This document shows positions 51,801 to 59,900 of a stretch of 64,000 nucleotides of DNA, one piece after another (position 1 is the stretch's first letter; each line of letters begins with the position of its first letter). The stretch lies in NCBI GenBank assembly GCA_040954595.2, contig CM082592.2:12310376-12374375 (forward strand), written 5' to 3'. The notes below the pieces were generated by a model. It made no database searches and had not been told where the DNA came from. It saw nothing but the letters and a program-made list of their open reading frames with translations. A program made the translations under genes and the position numbers. The stretch is from Balanoglossus misakiensis. Its lineage: Eukaryota > Animalia > Hemichordata.

Positions 51801-53179
51801 GAAGTCGCCGGTATCTTGGCCCAGATTCATCGCGCCGTTACGACCGGAAGTCGCCGGCAACTTGGCCTGGATTCACCGCGCCGTTACGACCGGAAGTCGC
51901 CGCAACTTGGCCCGGATTCACTGCGCCGTTCCGACCGGAAGTCGCCGGCAACTTGGCTCGGATTCACCGCGCCGTTACGACCGGAAGTCGCCGCAACTTG
52001 GCCCGGATTCACAGGAAGTCGCCATCAACTTGGCCCAGATTCACCGCGCCTTTACTACAGGAAGTCGCCGGCAACTTGGCCCAGATTCACCGCGCCGTTA
52101 CGACAGGAAGTCGCCGGCAACTTGGCCCAGATTCACCACGCCATTACGACCGGAAGTCGCCGGCAACTTGGCCCAGATTCACCGCGCCGTTACGACAGGA
52201 AGTCGCCGGCAACTTGGCCCAGATTCACCGCGCCGTTACCACCGGAAGTCGCCGGCAACTTGGCCCGGATTCACAGGAAGTCGCCATCAACTTGGCCCAG
52301 ATTCAGCGCGCCGTTACCACAGGAAATCGCCGGCAACTTGGCCCAGATTCACCGCGCCGTTACGACAGGAAGTCGCCGCCAACTTGGCCTGGATTCACCG
52401 CGCCGTTACCACCGGAAGTCGCCAGCAACTTGGCCGAGATTCACCGCGCCGTTACGACAGGAAGTCGCCGGCAACTTGGCCCAGATTCACAGGAAGTCGC
52501 CATCAACTTGGCCCAGATTCAGCGCGCCGTTACCACAGGAAATCGCCGGCAACTTGGCCCAGATTCTTGCGCCGTTACGACCGGTAGTCGCCGGCAACTT
52601 GGCCCAGATTCACTGCGCCTTTACCAACGGAAGTCGCCGGCAACTTGGCCCGGATTCACAGGAAGTCGCCATCAACTTGGCCTAGTTTCACCACGCCGTT
52701 ACGACCGGAAGTCGCCGGCAACTTGGCCCGGATTCACCGCGCCTTTACCAACGGAAGTCGCCGGCAACTTGGCCCGGATTCGCAGGAAGTCACCATCAAC
52801 TTGGCCCAGATTCACCGCGCCGTTACCACAGGAAGTCGCCGGCAACTTGGCCCAGATTAACCACGCCATTACGACAGGAAGTCGCCGGCAACTTGGCCCA
52901 GATTCACCGCGCCGTTATGACCGAAAGTCGCCAGCAACTTCGCCCGGATTCACCGCGCCGTTACGACCGGAAGTCACCGCAACTTGGCCCAGATTCACCG
53001 CGCCGTTACTACAGGAAGTCGCCGGCAACTTGGCCTAGTTTCACCGCGCCGTTACCACCGGAAGTCGCCGGCAACTTGGCCCGGATTCACAGGAAGTCGC
53101 CATCAACTTGGCCCAGATTCACCGCGCTGTTACCACAGGAAATCGCCGGCAACTTGGCCTAGTTTCACCACGCCGTTAC
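39870..53179 (+). repeat. Tandem 6.6-kb higher-order duplication within the satellite (~39870-46489 and ~46482-53179)
   Basis: ORFs and rare variants recur at offset 6612 (41021/47633, 42527/49139), then 6690 after a 78-bp (46+32) indel (45955/52645). Confidence 0.9.
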
Positions 53180-55082
53180 GACCGGAAGTCGCCGGCAACT
53201 TGGCCCAGATTCACCACGCCATTACGACCGGAAGTCACCGGCAACTTGGCCCAGATTCACCGCGCCGTTACCACCGGAAGTCGCCGGCAACTTGTCCCGG
53301 TTTCACAGGAAGTCGCCATCAACTTGGCCCAGATTCACCGCGCCGTTACCACAGGAAGTCGCCGGCAACTTGGCCCAGATTCACCACGCCATTACGACAG
53401 GAAGTCGCCGGCAACTTGGCCCAGATTCACCACGCCATTACTACCGGAAGTCGCCGGCAACTTGGCCCAGATTCACCGCGCCGTTACCACCGGAAGTCGC
53501 CGGCAACTTGGCCTGGATTCACAGGAAGTCGCCATCAACTTGGCCCAGATTCACCGCGCCGTTACCACAGGAAATCGCCGGCAACTTGGCCCAGATTCAC
53601 CGCGCCGTTACGACCGGAAGTCGCCGCAACTTGACCCGGATTCACAGGAAGTCGCCATCAACTTGGCCTAGTTTCACCACGCCGTTACGACCGGAAGTCG
53701 CCGGCAACTTGGCCCGGATTCACCGCGCCTTTACCAACGGAAGTCGCCGGCAACTTGGCCCGGATTCGCAGGAAGTCACCATCAACTTGGCCCAGATTCA
53801 CCGCGCCGTTACCACAGGAAGTCGCCTGCAACTTGGCCCAGATTAACCACGCCATTACGACAGGAAGTCGCCGGCAACTTGGCCCAGATTCACCGCGCCG
53901 TTATGACCGAAAGTCGCCAGCAACTTCGCCCGGATTCACCGCGCCGTTACGACCGGAAGTCACCGCAACTTGGCCCAGATTCACCGCGCCGTTACGACTG
54001 GAAGTCGCCGGCAACTTGGCCTAGTTTCACCGCGCCGTTAACACCGGAAGTCGCCGGCAACTTGGCCCGGATTCACAGGAAGTCGCCATCAACTTGGCCC
54101 AGATTCACCGCGCTGTTACCACAGGAAATCGCCGGCAACTTGGCCTAGTTTCACCACGCCGTTACGACCAGAAGTCGCCGGCAACTTGGCCCAGATTCAC
54201 CACGCCATTACGACCGGAAGTCACCGGCAACTTGGCCCAGATTCACCGCGCCGTTACCACCAGAAGTCGCCGGCAACTTGTCCCGGATTCACAGGAAGTC
54301 GCCATCAACTTGGCCCAGATTCACCGCGCCGTTACCACAGGAAGTCGCCGGCAACTTGGCCCAGATTCACCACGCCATTACGACAGGAAGTCGCCGGCAA
54401 CTTGGCCCAGATTCACCACGCCATTACTACCGGAAGTCGCCGGCAACTTGGCCCAGATTCACCGCGCCGTTACCACCGGAAGTCGCCGGCAACTTGGCCT
54501 GGATTCACAGGAAGTCGCCATCAACTTGGCCCAGATTCACCGCGCCGTTACCACAGGAAATCGCCGGCAACTTGGCCCAGATTCACCGCGCCGTTACGAC
54601 CGGAAGTCGCCGCAACTTGGCCCGGATTTACAGGAAGTCGCCATCAACTTGGCCCAGATTCACCGCGCCGTTACCACAGGAAGTCGCCGGTAACTTGGCC
54701 CAGATTCATCGCGCCGTTACGACAGGAAGTCGCCGGCAACTTGGCCCAGATTCACCGCGCCGTTATGACCGGAAGTCGCTGGCAACTTGGCCCGGATTCA
54801 CCACGCCGTTACGACAGGAAGTCGCCGGCAACTTGGCCTGGATTCACCGCGCCGTTACGACCGGAAGTCGCCGCAACTTGGCCCGGATTCACAGGAAGTC
54901 GCCGGCAACTTGGCCCAGATTCATCGCGCCGTTACGACCGGAAGTCGCCGGCATCTTGGCCGGGATTCTCCGCGCCGTTACGACCGGAAGTCGCCGCAAC
55001 TTGGCCCGGATTCACCGCGCCGTTACGACAGGAAGTCGCCGGCAACTTGGCCCGGATTCACCGCGCCGTTACGACTGGAAGT

Positions 55083-55638
55083 CGCCGTTCCCAGCGTAAG
55101 ATAAGTAAACCAGAGCGCCTAGACTTGTGAACTCTCATGAGCTCAATCAGTGACACTTCAGTTATGAGTTCATTTATTGAAAAACATTGTTATTGACATT
55201 CACAAGTTCAGATTTTGCCAAACTGTGTTCTATCACTTTTTCTTAAAAAGGGGGTTGTTGTGTTATCACCTTGTGACAGCTATCCTTGCTATAGCGCCCT
55301 CGCTCGCCCCCTGATTTCTAGTGCATGTAACCTTGCTGTTACTTCTCTCTCTTGCTGTTGTTCATGGCGGACTGTAGGCACAGTCGCGCACATCTACCCT
55401 GAATAAATGTTGCGTTAGTCAGTCCTGGTCATCGATCCACCCCACGGTCTCCGGAATAATAATAGTCAATAACATAACATGGTGTTAGGAAAGGTGACTT
55501 TAGCCGTCAACTAGAAACCTTCGCTGAAGTAGTGATCAGAAGAAACCAACGGACTCGACTGCACAGAACATTGCCAGGTATTGTAACACACACTGAGACG
55601 CTCTCCACGCCAAAATCGAAACAGCATGGCAGAATTAT
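55083..55638 (+). mobile_element. Ty3/Gypsy-like LTR retrotransposon remnant: pol C-terminal tail, 3' UTR, PPT, LTR, PBS, 5' leader
   Basis: RRSQRKISKPERLDL* (55083-55130) resembles typical Gypsy pol termini; PPT aaaaaggggg at 55245-55254; LTR 55256-55479; PBS-like tggtgttagg at 55480. Confidence 0.8.
55256..55479 (+). mobile_element. 224-bp LTR (TG...CA)
   Basis: Starts tgttgtgttat and ends ataacataaca (11-bp terminal IR, 1 mismatch); AATAAA at 55402; PPT directly upstream, TGG-starting PBS directly downstream. Confidence 0.82.
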
Positions 55639-56844
55639 TATGAAATTCGAAATACTAGCAACAAACGGCAAACTAGCAACATCGTATTTCTTTGATTCCG
55701 CCGCCACGTTTTCTCAAAAATTGTAACAACGTCACAATTTAGTAGACAAAGCGGCGTCCCCCATCCCCATCCCTATTGCGCAGTTGAAGTACGTGCGTGT
55801 TGAGAGAGACGTGTCGACTCGAACACGGACGACGAGAGTTTTTAGCGTGTCGAACGCTGCTCTACGAAGCTCGTAGTTACCTTCTGACCGGGACATTTGT
55901 GCTTGAACAGACTGTGTTTCTTCCGATGGGTTCTTGCCGATTGCCGCACGCCGGCAGGTATGAAAGTGTGGGACGTCGATCCACCGGCCGGCTGCACTGC
56001 TCCAAACATGACCAGCTCCACGCCACTTTGAGGTGCACCACGGTCGGATATCCCACCCCGGCTGCCGGACAGCATATGAAGGTGTCTGAGGCCTTTTCTA
56101 GTCAAAGTGTTCACGTTTATAATGTTAGGGTTTTCGGAATGGGAAATAGCGGAACAAGAACATGGATATACACTTAATCATGAACGCCAAACAAACACGT
56201 TGAAAAAGCCAGATCAGAAAAAAATTCATGTAGCGTCCGCCGCTGGGCGCGATGACGCGTTAACGTTATTTTTCAAACAACGTAACCTGTCACGATTGCT
56301 GCCACAAACAACAAGTTCATGCTTAGGTCGAGAAAGTTCTCAAGCGGCCGGGTGATCGCGGCAAGGTTAGCGGCGGTCTCGCACGCCCGAATTTGCCACA
56401 AAACTATCAGTCCACACAGCAATGCCGTTCAAACTATTCTGTCGTATTTATTTCAAAACAAATTCGGAATACAACATGGCAGTTTGGTACGTCGTCTCTA
56501 TCCTACAATGTTAATTCTCATCTCAATCTCTAAAAAAGTTCAACAGACAGGATACACCCGTGGCACTAGGAACAGCAAAATTCACATCTCTGCTTCACAT
56601 GAATCTACTGACCTGAAGTGGGAGGAGCAGCGTTCGACACGCTTAACAACTCTCGTCGTCCGTGTTCGAGTCGACACGTCTCTCTCAACACGCACGTACT
56701 TCAACTGCGCAATAGGGATGGGGGACGCCTCTTAGTCTACTAAATTGTGACGTTGTTACAATTTTTGACAAAAACGTGGCGGCGGAATCAAAGAAATACG
56801 ATGTTGCTAGTTTGCCGTTTGTTGCTAGTATTTCGAATTTCATA
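55639..56844. mobile_element. 1.2-kb non-autonomous DNA transposon/foldback-like element with ~220-bp terminal inverted repeats (55639-55862 and 56625-56844)
   Basis: Arms are reverse complements apart from a few substitutions and small indels; TA at both ends (possible TSD); no recognisable transposase ORF. Confidence 0.8.
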
Positions 56845-56864
56845 GTAAGTGGGCTCCCTCCTCA

Positions 56865-56913
56865 GGCCCATTTCACCGCAGCGTTCCGGCTGGAAGTCGA
56901 CCGCAACTTAGGC
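56865..56913 (+). repeat. Single diverged 46-bp satellite monomer
   Basis: ggcccatttcaccgcagcgttccggctggaagtcgaccgcaacttaggc aligns to the A/B monomers. Confidence 0.8.
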
Positions 56914-56954
56914 ATAGGTTAGGATTAGGATTCCAGTCTATGGTTAGGGCTCGG

Positions 56955-59900
56955 GTTAGGATTAGGTCTCCAGTCCAGGGCTCCTCGGCTAGGATTAGGG
57001 TTAGGGTTGCAGTCTGGGGTTAGGATTAGGGTTAGGTCTCCAGTCCAGGGCTCCTCGGCTAGGATTAGGGTTAGGGTTGCAGTCTGGGGTTAGGATTAGG
57101 GTTAGGTCTCCAGTCCAGGGCTCCTCGGCTAGGATTAGGGTTAGGGTTGCAGTCTGGGGTTAGGATTAGGGTTAGGTCTCCAGTCCAGGGCTCCTCGGCT
57201 AGGATTAGGGTTAGGGTTGCAGTCTGGGGTTAGGATTAGGGTTAGGTCTCCAGTCCAGGGCTCCTCGGCTAGGATTAGGGTTAGGGTTGCAGTCTGGGGT
57301 TAGGATTAGGGTTAGGTCTCCAGTCCAGGGCTCCTCGGCTAGGATTAGGGTTAGGGTTGCAGTCTGGGGTTAGGATTAGGGTTAGGTCTCCAGTCCAGGG
57401 CTCCTCGGCTAGGATTAGGGTTAGGGTTGCAGTCTGGGGTTAGGATTAGGGTTAGGTCTCCAGTCCAGGGCTCCTCGGCTAGGATTAGGGTTAGGGTTGC
57501 AGTCTGGGGTTAGGATTAGGGTTAGGTCTCCAGTCCAGGGCTCCTCGGCTAGGATTAGGGTTAGGGTTGCAGTCTGGGGTTAGGATTAGGGTTAGGTCTC
57601 CAGTCCAGGGCTCCTCGGCTAGGATTAGGGTTAGGGTTGCAGTCTGGGGTTAGGATTAGGGTTAGGTCTCCAGTCCAGGGCTCCTCGGCTAGGATTAGGG
57701 TTAGGGTTGCAGTCTGGGGTTAGGATTAGGGTTAGGTCTCCAGTCCAGGGCTCCTCGGCTAGGATTAGGGTTAGGGTTGCAGTCTGGGGTTAGGATTAGG
57801 GTTAGGTCTCCAGTCCAGGGCTCCTCGGCTAGGATTAGGGTTAGGGTTGCAGTCTGGGGTTAGGATTAGGGTTAGGTCTCCAGTCCAGGGCTCCTCGGCT
57901 AGGATTAGGGTTAGGGTTGCAGTCTGGGGTTAGGATTAGGGTTAGGTCTCCAGTCCAGGGCTCCTCGGCTAGGATTAGGGTTAGGGTTGCAGTCTGGGGT
58001 TAGGATTAGGGTTAGGTCTCCAGTCCAGGGCTCCTCGGCTAGGATTAGGGTTAGGGTTGCAGTCTGGGGTTAGGATTAGGGTTAGGTCTCCAGTCCAGGG
58101 CTCCTCGGCTAGGATTAGGGTTAGGGTTGCAGTCTGGGGTTAGGATTAGGGTTAGGTCTCCAGTCCAGGGCTCCTCGGCTAGGATTAGGGTTAGGGTTGC
58201 AGTCTGGGGTTAGGATTAGGGTTAGGTCTCCAGTCCAGGGCTCCTCGGCTAGGATTAGGGTTAGGGTTGCAGTCTGGGGTTAGGATTAGGGTTAGGTCTC
58301 CAGTCCAGGGCTCCTCGGCTAGGATTAGGGTTAGGGTTGCAGTCTGGGGTTAGGATTAGGGTTAGGTCTCCAGTCCAGGGCTCCTCGGCTAGGATTAGGG
58401 TTAGGGTTGCAGTCTGGGGTTAGGATTAGGGTTAGGTCTCCAGTCCAGGGCTCCTCGGCTAGGATTAGGGTTAGGGTTGCAGTCTGGGGTTAGGATTAGG
58501 GTTAGGTCTCCAGTCCAGGGCTCCTCGGCTAGGATTAGGGTTAGGGTTGCAGTCTGGGGTTAGGATTAGGGTTAGGTCTCCAGTCCAGGGCTCCTCGGCT
58601 AGGATTAGGGTTAGGGTTGCAGTCTGGGGTTAGGATTAGGGTTAGGTCTCCAGTCCAGGGCTCCTCGGCTAGGATTAGGGTTAGGGTTGCAGTCTGGGGT
58701 TAGGATTAGGGTTAGGTCTCCAGTCCAGGGCTCCTCGGCTAGGATTAGGGTTAGGGTTGCAGTCTGGGGTTAGGATTAGGGTTAGGTCTCCAGTCCAGGG
58801 CTCCTCGGCTAGGATTAGGGTTAGGGTTGCAGTCTGGGGTTAGGATTAGGGTTAGGTCTCCAGTCCAGGGCTCCTCGGCTAGGATTAGGGTTAGGGTTGC
58901 AGTCTGGGGTTAGGATTAGGGTTAGGTCTCCAGTCCAGGGCTCCTCGGCTAGGATTAGGGTTAGGGTTGCAGTCTGGGGTTAGGATTAGGGTTAGGTCTC
59001 CAGTCCAGGGCTCCTCGGCTAGGATTAGGGTTAGGGTTGCAGTCTGGGGTTAGGATTAGGGTTAGGTCTCCAGTCCAGGGCTCCTCGGCTAGGATTAGGG
59101 TTAGGGTTGCAGTCTGGGGTTAGGATTAGGGTTAGGTCTCCAGTCCAGGGCTCCTCGGCTAGGATTAGGGTTAGGGTTGCAGTCTGGGGTTAGGATTAGG
59201 GTTAGGTCTCCAGTCCAGGGCTCCTCGGCTAGGATTAGGGTTAGGGTTGCAGTCTGGGGTTAGGATTAGGGTTAGGTCTCCAGTCCAGGGCTCCTCGGCT
59301 AGGATTAGGGTTAGGGTTGCAGTCTGGGGTTAGGATTAGGGTTAGGTCTCCAGTCCAGGGCTCCTCGGCTAGGATTAGGGTTAGGGTTGCAGTCTGGGGT
59401 TAGGATTAGGGTTAGGTCTCCAGTCCAGGGCTCCTCGGCTAGGATTAGGGTTAGGGTTGCAGTCTGGGGTTAGGATTAGGGTTAGGTCTCCAGTCCAGGG
59501 CTCCTCGGCTAGGATTAGGGTTAGGGTTGCAGTCTGGGGTTAGGATTAGGGTTAGGTCTCCAGTCCAGGGCTCCTCGGCTAGGATTAGGGTTAGGGTTGC
59601 AGTCTGGGGTTAGGATTAGGGTTAGGTCTCCAGTCCAGGGCTCCTCGGCTAGGATTAGGGTTAGGGTTGCAGTCTGGGGTTAGGATTAGGGTTAGGTCTC
59701 CAGTCCAGGGCTCCTCGGCTAGGATTAGGGTTAGGGTTGCAGTCTGGGGTTAGGATTAGGGTTAGGTCTCCAGTCCAGGGCTCCTCGGCTAGGATTAGGG
59801 TTAGGGTTGCAGTCTGGGGTTAGGATTAGGGTTAGGTCTCCAGTCCAGGGCTCCTCGGCTAGGATTAGGGTTAGGGTTGCAGTCTGGGGTTAGGATTAGG

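Larger units (their letters stand above)
7374..55087 (+). repeat. ~47.7-kb subtelomeric satellite array; 46-bp monomer ggcaacttggcccagattcaccgcgccgttacgacaggaagtcgcc with 45-bp and 32-bp variants; roughly 1,050-1,100 monomers (estimated from length)
   Basis: Uninterrupted head-to-tail monomers in one orientation; ~6-7 CpG per monomer. Confidence 0.98.

Noticed and set aside
7374-55087. CRISPR-like periodicity
   Set aside because: No unique spacers and no cas genes; eukaryotic context with spliceosomal introns and a telomere
7473-55130. Hundreds of plus-strand ORFs up to 880 aa in the satellite
   Set aside because: The consensus monomer lacks stops on the + strand; starts are mostly TTG, and 45/32-bp variants shift the frame freely
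56120-56135. Minus-strand AACCCTAAC (1.5 telomere repeats) as a possible telomerase RNA template
   Set aside because: No pseudoknot, CR4/5 or H/ACA features visible; it lies inside a TIR element, and a 9-mer can occur by chance. An Infernal search with metazoan TR models would settle it
55797-56735. Short ORFs inside the inverted-repeat element (including a CSKH THAP-like tetrapeptide)
   Set aside because: Other THAP or DDE transposase motifs are missing; the ORFs are short and overlap the TIRs
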